Shown one piece after another: positions 7,935-22,205 of a stretch of 64,000 nt of DNA (the stretch's first letter is position 1; each line of letters opens with the position of its first letter). Made by a program: the position numbers and the translations under genes. The notes under the pieces are model-generated. The model was given only the letters and a program-made list of their open reading frames with translations. It made no database searches and had not been told where the DNA came from. The stretch comes from an uncultured Chloroflexia bacterium (GTDB lineage Bacteria; Chloroflexota; Limnocylindria; Limnocylindrales; CSP1-4). Location: NCBI GenBank assembly GCA_963762445.1, contig CAVXLA010000004.1:358794-422793 (forward strand), in the 5' to 3' direction.

Positions 7935-8699
7935 CTACCCGATCAGGTAGACGACCGAGACCGAGACCGTGACGTCGGAGGTCCCGGGCAGGATCGGCGT
8001 GGCGGCGCCCGCGTCACGGGCTTCGGCGGCGTACGGGACCGGCCAGGGGGAGGGCGACGACTGCTCGCTGATCGAGGCGACGCCGATGATCGAGACGCCC
8101 GCGGCGCTCGCGAGGGCGTCGGCCTTTGCCCGCGCGGCCTTCATCGCCTGGGTCCGGGCCTGCGCCTCGGCGCCGGTCGGGTCGTCCACCCGGAAGGTGA
8201 TCCCATCGAGCGTCGACCCGCCCGAGGTCAGCGCGCCGTCGACGGCGTCGGACAGGCGGTCGAGGTCGCGGATCGTGGCGACCACCCCGTTCCGCAGCTC
8301 GTAGCCGATGATCTTCGGGGCGACCCCGCTCTTGCTGTAGTCGTAGACGGGCTGGAGCGAGAGCGTGGTGGTCTGGATGTCGCGCTCCGCGATGCCGGCC
8401 GCCCGCAGCGCCTTCACGACACCCGCCATGGCAACGGCCGCGTCGGCGCGGGCATCCTTGACCTTCGGCCGCTGGATGACGACGCCGACGTGGAGGTCGG
8501 CCACATCGGGAACGAGCGTCACGGTGCCCGTGCCGCCCACGCTGATCGTGCGGTCGGGCTCGGTGCCGGCCTCGCCGCGGGCGGCGCGCGGCGCGAGGGC
8601 GGGCCCAAGGACGACGGCCAGCGCGAGGCCGGCGACGACGCCGAGAGCGACCCAGGCGGGGCGCGAGCCGGCGGAGGCGAAGGTACGAGACGTGGACAT
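7935..8699 (-). CDS. SIMPL-domain (DUF541) protein, BP26/OMP28-like.
   Basis: SIMPL-family similarity (TISVGGTGTVTLVPDVADLHVGV...). N-terminal TM/signal segment. The ATG of MSTSRTF at 8697-8699 was confirmed in the sequence. Confidence 0.75.
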   Translation of the reverse strand: MSTSRTFASAGSRPAWVALGVVAGLALAVVLGPALAPRAARGEAGTEPDRTISVGGTGTVTLVPDVADLHVGVVIQRPKVKDARADAAVAMAGVVKALRAAGIAERDIQTTTLSLQPVYDYSKSGVAPKIIGYELRNGVVATIRDLDRLSDAVDGALTSGGSTLDGITFRVDDPTGAEAQARTQAMKAARAKADALASAAGVSIIGVASISEQSSPSPWPVPYAAEARDAGAATPILPGTSDVTVSVSVVYLIG

Positions 8700-8792
8700 G
8701 GCTGCAGCTCCCTGGTGGTTCCGTCTTGCGGGCGGCCGCTGGACCATCGACCGCGCGGTCGCGGCTCGGGCACGTGGCCGACCTGGCCCCGA

Positions 8793-8811
8793 GACGCCGC
8801 CGGGCGGCGTC
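8793..8811 (-). terminator. GC hairpin just downstream of aceE; candidate intrinsic terminator, with no U-tract (common at high GC).
   Basis: gacgccgcc-g-ggcggcgtc is a perfect 9-bp inverted repeat, 20 nt past the aceE stop (8831). Confidence 0.35.
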
Positions 8812-8830
8812 CGGTTCCCGCCGGGCGGGG

Positions 8831-11512
<2,682 letters not shown>

Positions 11513-11651
11513 CGGGGGGCTCCCGGGTGAGGGCGGAGGCGGTTGCCGCAGCGGGTCCGCCGCCGCGCGCGCGTCGTGGACGGCGGCCGGACGCGAGCGT
11601 AGCCGATCCGCCCGGCGGGCGCCCCGGAGGGTGCTGCGGTAGAGTCAGGCC

Positions 11652-12281
11652 ATGCACAAGGGGTACGGGCCGGCGACCGGGCTCGTTGCCGTGGACGTCC
11701 AGAACGACTTCGCCGACCCGGCCGGCAGCCTTCCGGTCGGCGACGGCGCGGCGGTCATCCCCCTGCTCAACGCCGAGATCGCGGCGGCCCGTGCGGCCGG
11801 CGCCTTCGTCGCCTACACCCAGGACTGGCATCCACGCGTCACCCCCCACTTCGCGAAGGACGGCGGCACGTGGCCGGTCCACTGCGTCGGCGGCACGTGG
11901 GGCGCGGAGATCCACCCGGGCCTCGTCGCGGACGCGGGCCCGCGCGTGCGCAAGGGCGTCGGCGGCGAGGACGGCTACTCGGGCTTCACCATGCGGGACC
12001 CCGCGACGGGGGCGACCGTCCCGACCGAGCTCGACGGCCTGCTGCACGCTCGCGGCGTCCGGCGGGTCGTCGTCGGCGGCCTCGCGACGGACTACTGTGT
12101 GAAGGCGACCGTCCTCGACGCCCTCGCCCGCGGCTACGACACGTGGGTCCTCGTCGATGCCGTCCGCCCGGTGGACCTGGCCCCCGGCGACGGGGAGCGG
12201 GCGCTGCTCGAGATGGGGCGCGCCGGGGCGGTGATGGTCCGTCGATCCGGCACGCCCGTCCCGTCGGGAGGCGGGGCCTGA
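11652..12281 (+). CDS. pncA: Nicotinamidase/pyrazinamidase (isochorismatase family).
   Basis: Isochorismatase-fold PncA-like sequence (VDVQNDF...WPVHCV...TDYCV). Confidence 0.75.
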   Translation: MHKGYGPATGLVAVDVQNDFADPAGSLPVGDGAAVIPLLNAEIAAARAAGAFVAYTQDWHPRVTPHFAKDGGTWPVHCVGGTWGAEIHPGLVADAGPRVRKGVGGEDGYSGFTMRDPATGATVPTELDGLLHARGVRRVVVGGLATDYCVKATVLDALARGYDTWVLVDAVRPVDLAPGDGERALLEMGRAGAVMVRRSGTPVPSGGGA

Positions 12282-12856
12282 TGCGCCTGCGGACGATGGC
12301 CGCGATCGCCGTTGCCGGGGTGGGCGGCGCCTTCGTCGTCGACCACTGGATCGGGGACCTCATCGCCCGGGGCGAGGGGCCCGACCCGGTGATGAAGATG
12401 GCGATCACGATCAACGCCCCGATCGACGACGTCTGGGACGTCGTCGCCGACATCGAGCGCCAGCCGGCCTGGATGGAGGAGATGAAGTCCGTCCGGCTCC
12501 GCTCGCCGGGGCCGGTTGGGGTGGGAACCCGTGGCGACGCCGACGTCCGCATCTTCCTGGTGGGAATCGTCGACACGGTCGAGGTCGACGTCTACGACCC
12601 GCCCGTCCGGTTCGGGATCCGCCACGTTGGCACGTATACCGGCGGGGGCCGGATCACGCTCGAGGCGATCGACGGGGAGCGGACCCTGGTGCGCTGGGAC
12701 GAGCGGCTTGTGCCGCCCTACTTCCCGCACCTCGGCCAGCTCCTCCAGAAGCCGGTCATGGGCGCCATCTTCCAGGCCGACCTGGAGCGGCTCCGCGAGA
12801 TCGTCGAGTCGCAGCACGCCGAGGCGATGGCGGGCGGCGGCGCAGACGCCGGCTGA
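12281..12856 (+). CDS. SRPBCC-family (polyketide cyclase/dehydrase-like) protein.
   Basis: ATGA-type overlap with the pncA stop. SRPBCC similarity (INAPIDDVWDVVADIERQPAWM...). Confidence 0.6.
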   Translation: MRLRTMAAIAVAGVGGAFVVDHWIGDLIARGEGPDPVMKMAITINAPIDDVWDVVADIERQPAWMEEMKSVRLRSPGPVGVGTRGDADVRIFLVGIVDTVEVDVYDPPVRFGIRHVGTYTGGGRITLEAIDGERTLVRWDERLVPPYFPHLGQLLQKPVMGAIFQADLERLREIVESQHAEAMAGGGADAG

Positions 12857-12871
12857 CCTCCCCTCCCGACG

Positions 12872-13831
12872 GTGCGGGTCCACCTCGTCGACGCGACCTA
12901 CGAGCTCTTCCGCGCATACCATGCGCCCCGCCCTCCCGTCCACGGTCGCGGCGGGATGCCGCTCGGGGCGGTGGTCGGGCTCGTGGGCACCCTCGTCGCG
13001 CTGCTCCGGGACGAGGGCGCCACCCACGTCGCCTGCGCCCACGACCGCGTGATCCGCTCCTTCCGCAACGACATGTGGCCCGGCTACAAGACCGAGGCCG
13101 GGGTTCCCGCCGACCTGCTCGACCAGTTCCCCGTCGCCGAGGAGGCGATCACCGCCCTCGGGATCCCGCTCTGGGCCATGGTCGAGCTCGAGGCGGACGA
13201 CGCGCTGGCGACGGCGGCGACCCGCTTCGGCGCCGAGCCCGCTGTCGCGCAGGTCCTCGTCTGCACGCCCGACAAGGACCTGGCCCAGGTGGTTCGCGGC
13301 GATCGCATCGTCCTGCGCGACCGACGCCGCGACCTCGTCTATGACGACGCCGGCGTCCGGGCGAAGTGGGGCGTGGCGCCGGCCGCGATCCCCGACTGGC
13401 TGGCCCTGGTGGGGGACGCGGCGGACGGGTTTCCCGGGCTGCCCGGCTTCGGGGCGGTGGCGGCGTCGGCGCTCCTCGCCGCCTTCTCGTCCCTCGAGGG
13501 CGTCCGCGCCGCGCCGCCGGCCGCGTGGCCGGCCCGCGTCCGCGGCGCCGAGCGGCTCGCCGCGACGCTCCGCGCACGCTGGGACGACGCCCTGCTCTTC
13601 CGCGACCTGGCGACGCTCCGGCTCGACGCTCCCCTGCCCGAGCGCACGGTCGAGGAGCTCCGCTGGGGCGGCGCCGACCGCGCCGCCTGGGAGGCCTTCT
13701 GCGACCCGCTGGGAGCTCCCGGGCCTCCTCCGCCGGCCCCACCGCTGGCGCGCCCCGTAGCTGGCGCGGGTCGTCGAACGCGGCGGCTCTACGCGGGCTC
13801 GCGGAGCAGCTCGAGAAGGCGTGGATGGTGA
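12872..13831 (+). CDS. 5'-3' exonuclease (FEN/PIN domain, Pol I N-terminal-like).
   Basis: PIN/H3TH motifs (VHLVDATYELFRAYHA; GIPLWAMVELEADDALAT; GFPGLPGFGAVAASALL). Confidence 0.75.
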   Translation: MRVHLVDATYELFRAYHAPRPPVHGRGGMPLGAVVGLVGTLVALLRDEGATHVACAHDRVIRSFRNDMWPGYKTEAGVPADLLDQFPVAEEAITALGIPLWAMVELEADDALATAATRFGAEPAVAQVLVCTPDKDLAQVVRGDRIVLRDRRRDLVYDDAGVRAKWGVAPAAIPDWLALVGDAADGFPGLPGFGAVAASALLAAFSSLEGVRAAPPAAWPARVRGAERLAATLRARWDDALLFRDLATLRLDAPLPERTVEELRWGGADRAAWEAFCDPLGAPGPPPPAPPLARPVAGAGRRTRRLYAGSRSSSRRRGW

Positions 13832-14577
13832 GCCGGGGGAGCGGCGAGAAGGCCGACCGCCTTCGCGGGCGCGGCGAGGTCGAACCACGGGCCGCCGGCC
13901 ATGTTCGTCACGGTCGCCCCGGCCCGCTCGGCGATGAGGCCGGCCGCGGCGATGTCCCACGGCGAGAGGCCCACCGTCTGGCTGTATGCATCGAAGCGGC
14001 CGTTGGCGACGTAGGCGAGGGCGAGGGCCGCCGAGCCCATCGAGCGCGGGATCCGGATCGCCCGCCGGACGCGCCGCATGCGCAGGCCCGGGGACCGCCC
14101 GCCCACGGCGAGACCCATGACGAGGTCCACGAGGCGCTCCTTGCCCGAGACGGACGTGGGGCGCCCGTCGAGGGTGGCGGGTCCGTCGGCGGTGGCCGCG
14201 AACGTCTCCTTGCGCAGCGGGTCATGCACGACGCCCGCGACCGGCTGCCCGTCGACGACGAGGGCGAGGGAGACGCAGAAGAAGGGGATCCCGTTGGCAT
14301 AGTTGACGGTCCCGTCGATCGGGTCGCAGACCCAGGTTCGATGGGCGGCGGCGGCGTCCCGCCCGGATTCCTCGCCGTAGAAGCCGTCCGCCGGGAAGCG
14401 CTCGGCGAGCGCCGCCCGGATCAGCGCCTCGGACGCGTGGTCGACCTCGGTCACGATGTCGCGGACGCCCTTGTAGGCGACCGCCCCGGCGTCGTCGAGC
14501 CGCTCCACCAGGAGCACGCCGGCGCGGGCAGCGATCTCGATCGCCGCCGCCAGCTCGGCCGCCCACGCGCTCTCCAT
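13789..14577 (-). CDS. suhB: Inositol monophosphatase-family protein.
   Basis: IMPase motifs (FYGEESG; WVCDPIDGTVNYANG; WDIAAAGLI). Confidence 0.8.
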   Translation of the reverse strand: MESAWAAELAAAIEIAARAGVLLVERLDDAGAVAYKGVRDIVTEVDHASEALIRAALAERFPADGFYGEESGRDAAAAHRTWVCDPIDGTVNYANGIPFFCVSLALVVDGQPVAGVVHDPLRKETFAATADGPATLDGRPTSVSGKERLVDLVMGLAVGGRSPGLRMRRVRRAIRIPRSMGSAALALAYVANGRFDAYSQTVGLSPWDIAAAGLIAERAGATVTNMAGGPWFDLAAPAKAVGLLAAPPAHHPRLLELLREPA

Positions 14578-15074
14578 CAGCGGGAGCAGTCGACGGTGAG
14601 CGGGCGCGCCGCGGCGCCCAGCCCCGTGACGCGCTGGTCGAAGACGAGGCTGCTCCGGGCCGGGACCTCGGGCGTGCGGATCCAGGTCTCAACGGGGGGG
14701 CTGCCCGGGTACGTCGGATCCCAGACCCGGCAGCTGGCGTGGCCGGCCCGCGCGCCGAGGTTCTCGACGGAGACGGTCAGCCGCAGGCCGTCGCCGTCCG
14801 GCGCGACGCTTCGCAGCGCCGCCCGGAACGGCCCCACGCCGCCGACCAGGACCGTCGCCGCGGCGGCGAGGGCGACCACCGCCAGCGCGATCCCGAGGAA
14901 GACGGTGCCGTGCGCCTGCGAGGCGGCCGGTTGCTTCAGCCGGGCGGGATTGCACGTCGCGCACAGGGCGTCGGCGAGCGGGATCGCGGCCCCGCAGCGG
15001 ATGCAGGCATGCGTCCGTGCGAGCGCGGCCGCGTGATCGGCGGCGGGCGGGCCGGCGGCTGGGGTCGTCGTCAC
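14577..15074 (-). CDS. Zinc-ribbon plus TM-helix small protein.
   Basis: CIRCG...CATC zinc ribbon followed by one hydrophobic helix. TGATG-type overlap with the suhB start. Start assigned to an internal GTG because the upstream ORF extension is low complexity. Confidence 0.4.
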   Translation of the reverse strand: MTTTPAAGPPAADHAAALARTHACIRCGAAIPLADALCATCNPARLKQPAASQAHGTVFLGIALAVVALAAAATVLVGGVGPFRAALRSVAPDGDGLRLTVSVENLGARAGHASCRVWDPTYPGSPPVETWIRTPEVPARSSLVFDQRVTGLGAAARPLTVDCSR

Positions 15075-15171
15075 GCTCGCGATCTTCCCACGGGCGGCGG
15101 CCGGGCGCCCGTGGCCGCGCGGGCCGGGGCGTCGGTCAGCGGCCGCGGGACGGCGACCGGGCGCCCGCGCC

Positions 15172-16005
15172 TCAGCGCCGGGCGGCGGCCCCCACAAGGA
15201 GGTCCACGTCCGCGGTCGTGTTCGCTCCGATGACGGCTCCGTCGGCGCCGGCCGACGCCCACGCGGCGGCCGCCCCGGCCGGATCCTCCACCCAGGGGCT
15301 GCCGGCGAGCGAGGCGCGCCGGGGCAGGTCGAAGGCCGCGAGGATCCGCTGCGTCGAGCGGGCCCTGCCCGCCGCCGCCAGCGCGTCGAGGTAGCGCGGG
15401 AGCCGCTCGCCGAGCCGACCGGCCGGGGTCGTCCAGCCGTCGCCGACCCGGGCCGCGAGCGCCACGCCGGCGGCGAGCTCGGCACCGACGATGATCGGCG
15501 GAGGAGGGACCGGGACGGGGAACGCGTGGGCGCCGACGAGCGGGTAGAAGGGGCTGGGGCGCAGCACGGGCCCGCCGGTCCAGAGCGCCCGCAGGACGGC
15601 GATCGCCTCCTCGAGCCGGGCCGCCCGCTCGGCGGCCACCGGGAACGGGATGCCGTACGCCGCGTGCTCAGCCGGGTGCCCCCCGATCCCGATCCCCAGG
15701 ATCACCCGGCCGCCGGTCGCCTCCTGGAGCGTCGCGGCCATCCTGGCCAGCACCGCCGGGTGGCGGTTCATCACGTTGGCGACGAAGGTCATGAGCCCGA
15801 GCCGCGTGGTGGCACCTCCGACCACGGCCAGCGTGGTCCACGCCTCGAGGACGGGATCGCTCCGCACGCCGCGGCTGACGAAATGGTCCCAGGCCGCGAC
15901 GCCGGCGTACCCCGCCGACTCGAGGCGCAGCGCCTGGTCGCGCCACCAGGCAAAGGGAACCCCGATCGGCCGCAGGCTGACGAAGACCGGGAACGGCGCC
16001 GGCAT
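15172..16005 (-). CDS. Luciferase-like monooxygenase (LLM) class F420-dependent oxidoreductase.
   Basis: LLM TIM-barrel similarity (AGYAGVAAWDHF...ILGIGIGGHPAEHAAYGIPFP). The ATG at 16003-16005 was confirmed. The six-frame ORF continues out of frame to 18276 and is an artefact. Confidence 0.75.
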   Translation of the reverse strand: MPAPFPVFVSLRPIGVPFAWWRDQALRLESAGYAGVAAWDHFVSRGVRSDPVLEAWTTLAVVGGATTRLGLMTFVANVMNRHPAVLARMAATLQEATGGRVILGIGIGGHPAEHAAYGIPFPVAAERAARLEEAIAVLRALWTGGPVLRPSPFYPLVGAHAFPVPVPPPPIIVGAELAAGVALAARVGDGWTTPAGRLGERLPRYLDALAAAGRARSTQRILAAFDLPRRASLAGSPWVEDPAGAAAAWASAGADGAVIGANTTADVDLLVGAAARR

Positions 16006-16019
16006 CCTCGGGACGGCGC

Positions 16020-16784
16020 TCAGAGCCCGGCCGTGACGGCCGGCGAGATGGCCGCCGCGAGAGCGACCTGCAGCATCGTCGCCGTCCGACGCTCCAGCTC
16101 GTCGAGCGGGAGGTACGAATCCTCCGAGCTGACCCCCTCGCCGAGCACGTCGCTGACGGTCAGGATCGTGGCTGCCCGGACGTCGGTGCCGGTGGCCCTG
16201 GCGCGGGCGGCGAGGAAGAAGAGGGCCGAGCTCTCCATCTCGAAGGCCAGGACGCCCCGCGCCGCCCAGCGGCTGAAGTAGTCGGCGTCCGAGTTGTAGA
16301 AGACGTCGACTGTGCAGATCGGCCCCACGTGGTACGGCGCCCCGGCAGCCTCGGCGGCGTCGACGAGCGCCCGGGTGACGGTGAAGTCGGCTGCGGGGGC
16401 ATAGGGCTCGCCGTGGAGGTAGACGGCCGTGGTCCCGTCGAACGGCGACGCGGCGGTGGCGATGACGATCTCCCCGGTCCGGATTCCCGTCGCGATCCCG
16501 CCGCAGGTCCCGACCCGGATCAGCCGCCGGGCGCCGAGACGCAGGAGCTCCTCGACCACGATGGCGGCGGCCGGCGCGCCGATGCCGGTCGTCTGGACGC
16601 TGATCGGTACGCCCCGGCAGGTGCCCGTGTAGCCGTAGGTCAGGCGGTGGTCGTTGACCCGCCGCGTCGCCGCGAGGCCGCCGTCGAAGAGGGCCGCGAT
16701 CGCCGTCGCGCGGTTCGGATCGCCCGGCAGGAGGACGATCGGCGCGTAGTCCCCGGGCTCGGCGCGGAGGTGGATCTGGGGCAT
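16020..16784 (-). CDS. deoD: Purine nucleoside phosphorylase, DeoD type.
   Basis: MPQIHLRAEPGDYAPIVLLPGDPNRA...ISVQTTGIGAPAAAIVVEEL is classic PNP-I. Start at the internal ATG; the coordinate may be off by one. Confidence 0.8.
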   Translation of the reverse strand: MPQIHLRAEPGDYAPIVLLPGDPNRATAIAALFDGGLAATRRVNDHRLTYGYTGTCRGVPISVQTTGIGAPAAAIVVEELLRLGARRLIRVGTCGGIATGIRTGEIVIATAASPFDGTTAVYLHGEPYAPAADFTVTRALVDAAEAAGAPYHVGPICTVDVFYNSDADYFSRWAARGVLAFEMESSALFFLAARARATGTDVRAATILTVSDVLGEGVSSEDSYLPLDELERRTATMLQVALAAAISPAVTAGL

Positions 16785-16959
16785 GGGAGGGTCCTCCGTG
16801 CAGGTGGGCGGGGCGAGTGTACGGCGGGCGGGCGGCGGGCGCCGGCGCAGCCTGGGACGAGCGTTCACCGCGCCCGGATGCGCGTAGTAGGATCGCACGA
16901 GGTGCCGCCGATCGCCACCGGGCCGCGGCGGACCGGGAGCCGGAGCAGGAGGACGGATC

Positions 16960-18315
16960 GTGGGCCAGGACTTCTTCTCGGAGGTCACCGAGCCGATCGG
17001 CTTCGGCGGGCTCGGATCGACCAGCTCTCTCGCCTTCAAGGTGTACGAGCCCGATCGCCTGGTGCTGGGCAAGCGGATGGAGGATCACCTCCGGGTCGGG
17101 GTCTGCTTCTGGCATTCGTTCGCCTGGCCCGGCACCGACATGTTCGGCTCGGGCACGCTCGACCGCCCCTGGATCACCGAGCCCATGGACCCGATGGATG
17201 CCGCCCGCATGAAGATGGCGGCGGCGTTCGAGTTCTTCACCAAGCTCGGTGTGCCCTGGTACTGCTTCCACGACCGCGACGTCGCGCCCGACGGGCGGAG
17301 CTTCGCCGAGTTCCGGGCGAACCTCGACGCCCTCGCCGATGACGCGGCCGCCTACCAGGAGCGAACCGGCGTCCGCCTCCTGTGGGGCACCGCGAACCTG
17401 TTCAGCCACCCCCGCTACGCGGCCGGCGCCGCCACCAACCCCGACCCGGCGGTCTTCGCCTATGCGGCGGCGCAGGTGAAGAACATGCTCGAGGTAACCC
17501 AGCGCCTTGGCGGCGAGAACTACGTCCTGTGGGGTGGGCGCGAGGGATACGACACGCTCCTCAACACCGACCTGCGCCGCGAGGCAGCCCAGCTCGCCCG
17601 CTTCCTCCACCTGGTGGCCGAGCACAAGCACAAGATCGGCTTCACGGGCATGCTCCTCATCGAGCCCAAGCCGATGGAGCCGACCAAGCACCAGTACGAC
17701 TTCGACTCCGCGACCGTTCACGGCTTCCTCGTGCGCAACGGGCTCGACGGCGAGTACCGCCTGAACATCGAGGCCAACCACGCCACGCTCGCGGGGCACA
17801 GCTTCCATCACGAGGTCGCGTATGCCGTCGCGAACGGCATGTTCGGCAGCATCGACGCCAACCGCGGCGACCCCCAGAACGGCTGGGACACCGACCAGTT
17901 CCCGAACTCCGTCGAGGACATGGCCCTGCCGCTCTACGAGATCCTGCGGGCCGGCGGCTTCACGACCGGCGGCTTCAACTTCGACGCCAAGCTGCGGCGC
18001 CAGAGCATGCACCGGACCGATCTCTTCCACGCCCACATCGGAGGGATCGACACCGTAGCGCGAGCGCTCCTGGTCGCCGCCGACATGCTCCAGGAGGGCA
18101 CGCTCGCCCGCATGGTCGACGAGCGGTACGCGGGCTGGTCCGGCGAGCTCGGCTCCAGGATCCTCGACGGCTCCGCAAGCCTGGCGGACCTGGCGGCGAG
18201 GGTCGAGACGGGCGAGATCGACCCGCACCCGGTCTCCGGGCGCCAGGAGCTGTTCGAGAACGTCGTCAACCGGCACACCTGGTCGGCGGACGGCGCGGCC
18301 CGCCCGGCGGGCTGA
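16960..18315 (+). CDS. xylA: Xylose isomerase.
   Basis: Full-length XylA ([18 protein letters not shown]...GGREGY...FLIEPKP). GGAGCAGGAGG ribosome-binding site before the GTG start. Confidence 0.92.
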   Translation: MGQDFFSEVTEPIGFGGLGSTSSLAFKVYEPDRLVLGKRMEDHLRVGVCFWHSFAWPGTDMFGSGTLDRPWITEPMDPMDAARMKMAAAFEFFTKLGVPWYCFHDRDVAPDGRSFAEFRANLDALADDAAAYQERTGVRLLWGTANLFSHPRYAAGAATNPDPAVFAYAAAQVKNMLEVTQRLGGENYVLWGGREGYDTLLNTDLRREAAQLARFLHLVAEHKHKIGFTGMLLIEPKPMEPTKHQYDFDSATVHGFLVRNGLDGEYRLNIEANHATLAGHSFHHEVAYAVANGMFGSIDANRGDPQNGWDTDQFPNSVEDMALPLYEILRAGGFTTGGFNFDAKLRRQSMHRTDLFHAHIGGIDTVARALLVAADMLQEGTLARMVDERYAGWSGELGSRILDGSASLADLAARVETGEIDPHPVSGRQELFENVVNRHTWSADGAARPAG

Positions 18316-18320
18316 CCCCC

Positions 18321-19811
18321 ATGGGCTACGTCCTGGGCATCGACGCCTCGACCACGGCGACCAAGGCCGTCCTCGTCGACGAGGCCGGGGCCGTCCGCGG
18401 CATCGGGGTCACGGAGTACAGCTTCGCCGTGCCCCGCCCATTGTGGAGCGAGCAGGACCCGGCACTCTGGAGGGACGGGGCCGTCGCCTCGATCCGCTCC
18501 GTGCTCGACTCGACCGGCGTGCGGGCCGACGACATCGTCGCCATCGGGCTCACCGGCCAGATGCACGGCGCCGTCCTTCTCGACGCGGCGGACCGCGTGC
18601 TACGCCCGGCCATCCTATGGAACGACCAGCGGACGGGCGCCGAGTGCGACGCCATCCGGGCTGCGCTGGGACCGGAGCGGCTGGTCGCGATCACGGGCAA
18701 CGATGCCCTCACCGGCTTTACGGCGCCGAAGCTCATCTGGGTCCGCGACCACGAGCCGGACGTCTGGCGGCGCGTCGCCCATGTGCTGCTGCCGAAGGAC
18801 TTCGTGCGCTTGCACCTCACCGGCGAGCACGCCATCGACAAGGCGGACGGGGCGGGCACGCTCCTGTTCGACCTCGCGGCCCGGGACTGGTCGGGGGAGG
18901 TCCTGGCGGCCCTGGGCATCGATCCGGCCTGGATGCCGCCGACCTTCGAGGGACCTGCGGTCACCGGCACGGTGACGGCGACGGCCGCCGCCGCGACCGG
19001 GCTGCGGGCCGGCACGCCCGTGGTTGCCGGCGGTGGCGACCAGGCCGCCAACGCCGTGGGGGTGGGGGTCGTCTCGGAGGGGACGATGGCCCTCTCGCTC
19101 GGGACGTCGGGGGTCATCTTCGCGGCCACGAACGGCCCGGTCATCGAGCCACGCGGCCGGGTCCATGCCTTCTGCCACGCGGTCCCGGGTCGCTGGCACC
19201 TGATGTCGGTCATGCTGTCCGCGGCCGGCAGCCTGCGCTGGTTTCGCGACACCCTCGCGCCGGGCATGGAGTTCGGGGACCTGATCGCGCCTGCGGTCGA
19301 GGTTGCTGCAGGCTGCGACGGCCTCCTGTTCCTCCCCTACCTCACCGGCGAGCGCTCGCCCTATCCCGACCCGCTGGCCCGCGGCGCCTTCGTCGGCCTG
19401 ACCCTCGCCCACGACCGGCGCCATCTCACGCGCGCCGTGCTCGAGGGCGTGGCCTTCGGGCTGCGCGACGGCCTGGACCTCATGGTCGACGCCGGCATGC
19501 CTGCACCCGCCCAGATCCGGGCGTCGGGCGGCGGGACGGTGAGCCCGCTGTGGCGCCAGATCCTGGCCGACGTCCTCGGTGCCGAGATCGCGGCCGTCAA
19601 CTCGTCCGAGGGGGCCGCCTACGGGGCGGCCGTGCTCGCGGCCGTCGGCGGGGGCTGGTTCGCGACCGTCGAGGCCGCCACGGATGCCCTCGTCACCGCC
19701 ACACCGGTCGCCGCGCCCGGTTCGGACGCCCCGGTCTACGCGGCGTCGCACGCGGTCTACCGGGAGCTGTACCCGGCGCTGGCACCGACGTTCCACCGCC
19801 TGCCGGCGTAG
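18321..19811 (+). CDS. xylB: Xylulokinase.
   Basis: FGGY-kinase motifs (MGYVLGIDASTTATKAVL...GTSGV...). Sits 5 nt after xylA. Confidence 0.9.
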   Translation: MGYVLGIDASTTATKAVLVDEAGAVRGIGVTEYSFAVPRPLWSEQDPALWRDGAVASIRSVLDSTGVRADDIVAIGLTGQMHGAVLLDAADRVLRPAILWNDQRTGAECDAIRAALGPERLVAITGNDALTGFTAPKLIWVRDHEPDVWRRVAHVLLPKDFVRLHLTGEHAIDKADGAGTLLFDLAARDWSGEVLAALGIDPAWMPPTFEGPAVTGTVTATAAAATGLRAGTPVVAGGGDQAANAVGVGVVSEGTMALSLGTSGVIFAATNGPVIEPRGRVHAFCHAVPGRWHLMSVMLSAAGSLRWFRDTLAPGMEFGDLIAPAVEVAAGCDGLLFLPYLTGERSPYPDPLARGAFVGLTLAHDRRHLTRAVLEGVAFGLRDGLDLMVDAGMPAPAQIRASGGGTVSPLWRQILADVLGAEIAAVNSSEGAAYGAAVLAAVGGGWFATVEAATDALVTATPVAAPGSDAPVYAASHAVYRELYPALAPTFHRLPA

Positions 19812-19880
19812 GTTTGCGGGGCGGGCAGCGACTCGGCGCCGTTCGATCGACCCCGCCGGAGCCGACCGGCGCGCCTCGCG

Positions 19881-20690
<810 letters not shown>

Positions 20691-20704
20691 CTCCTGCTCC
20701 TCGC

Positions 20705-22105
20705 CTACCTGGCGCGCCGCCGGACGATGGTGTCGAGGCCGACCGCGAAGACCAGGACGGCGCCGATCGCCACGTCCTGCATCGGCGAGTCGAGGCCGAC
20801 CGTGACCATGCCAGCCTTGAGCGACTGCATCAGCACGGCGCCCACGACGGCGCCCTGGATCGTGCCGGTGCCGCCGGCCAATGATGTGCCGCCGAGGACG
20901 GCCGCGGCGATCACGAGCAACTCGTAGCCGGTCCCGGTGCTGGTCACGCCGGCGTCGAGCCGGGATGCCTGGATGCACCCGGCGATGGCGCACAGCACCC
21001 CCAGCAACACGAACGTGCCAAGGATGGTGCGCTTGGTATTGATCCCGGCCAGAGTCGCGGCCTCAGGGTTACCGCCGATGGCGAACGTGTAGCGGCCGAA
21101 CTGCCGGCGGGTCGTCACGTAGCCCATGAGGAGCGCGATGCCGAGCAGGAGCAGCAGCGGGGCCGACAGGCCGACCGGGATCACCAGGCCGTCGGGGCTG
21201 ACGTTGTACCTAGCGGCGTACTGCTGCGTCAGGAGCGTCGGCAGCGGATAGTTGTTGAAGACCCACATCGCCGCCAGGGTCACCGCGCAGCCGCCGACGA
21301 TGAGAATCACCAGGGCCCACTGCGGACGGACGGGGAACCCGTATTCGCGCCGCTTGCGCCTAGCGGCGATGAGCGCATACGTGATGCCAGCGGCGATCAG
21401 GATGCCGACGATCCAGGTCGGCCAGAATCCGATCGCGCCGCCGATGAAGAAGAACGTGCTGTTGCTGGAGAGGTTTCCGCCCAGGATGGCAAAGGTCTGG
21501 TCCATTGGGGCGATCGTCTGGCCCTGCTGGATCTTGAAGATGAGGCCGCGCCAGATCAGGAGGCCGCCCAGGGTGACGATGAACGAGGGGATCCCGACGT
21601 AGGCGACGAGCCCGCCCTGGATCGCCCCGATCAGGGCACCGACGGCGACCGCGACCAGGATCGCGATGATCCAGATCTCCCACGAGCCATAGGCGAGGTG
21701 TAGCGTCTCGGTCAGCCAGACGCGCTGGGTCATGGCAGCCGTGTATGCGGTGAGGCCCATGATCGAACCGACCGACAGGTCGATGTTGCGGGACACGATG
21801 ACCAGGACCATGCCCATGGCCATGATGGCCACGGGCACGCTCTGCACAGAGACGTCGTAGAGGTTGCGCGGGGTCAGGAAGAGGCCGTTCGACGCGATCC
21901 CGAAGCCGATCCAGATGGCGATCAACGCGACGACCATGCCGGTCAGCCGCAGGTCGACCTCCATCGTTCGGGCGCCGGAGCGGAGCCCCGATGCCAGCCT
22001 TCCGATGGCTCGCCGGGTGGGCTCGATCAGCCGCGGGACGACCCCGGAGCCGCGGCCGGGTCTCCCTGCGATCTCCGACTGTGCGTCACCCGAGACCTGA
22101 GTCAT
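20705..22105 (-). CDS. Sugar ABC transporter permease (XylH-like, CUT2 family).
   Basis: About 10-12 TM helices with XylH/RbsC-like similarity. Confidence 0.85.
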   Translation of the reverse strand: MTQVSGDAQSEIAGRPGRGSGVVPRLIEPTRRAIGRLASGLRSGARTMEVDLRLTGMVVALIAIWIGFGIASNGLFLTPRNLYDVSVQSVPVAIMAMGMVLVIVSRNIDLSVGSIMGLTAYTAAMTQRVWLTETLHLAYGSWEIWIIAILVAVAVGALIGAIQGGLVAYVGIPSFIVTLGGLLIWRGLIFKIQQGQTIAPMDQTFAILGGNLSSNSTFFFIGGAIGFWPTWIVGILIAAGITYALIAARRKRREYGFPVRPQWALVILIVGGCAVTLAAMWVFNNYPLPTLLTQQYAARYNVSPDGLVIPVGLSAPLLLLLGIALLMGYVTTRRQFGRYTFAIGGNPEAATLAGINTKRTILGTFVLLGVLCAIAGCIQASRLDAGVTSTGTGYELLVIAAAVLGGTSLAGGTGTIQGAVVGAVLMQSLKAGMVTVGLDSPMQDVAIGAVLVFAVGLDTIVRRRAR

Positions 22106-22205
22106 CGTCGCGCCTCGTGCTGGTCACCTTACCTGTGACGTGGCATGCGCCCCGCGCCGCCATCAGCGGCGCAGGGCGCATGCTCCAAATCCGATTCGGT
22201 GGCGG

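Noticed and set aside
16006-18276. Upstream 750 aa of the 1034-aa minus-strand ORF, i.e. the N-terminal extension of the LLM oxidoreductase
   Set aside because: Only the C-terminal 277 aa (15172-16005) are LLM-like. The remainder overlaps deoD and xylA in other frames or strands and is low complexity.
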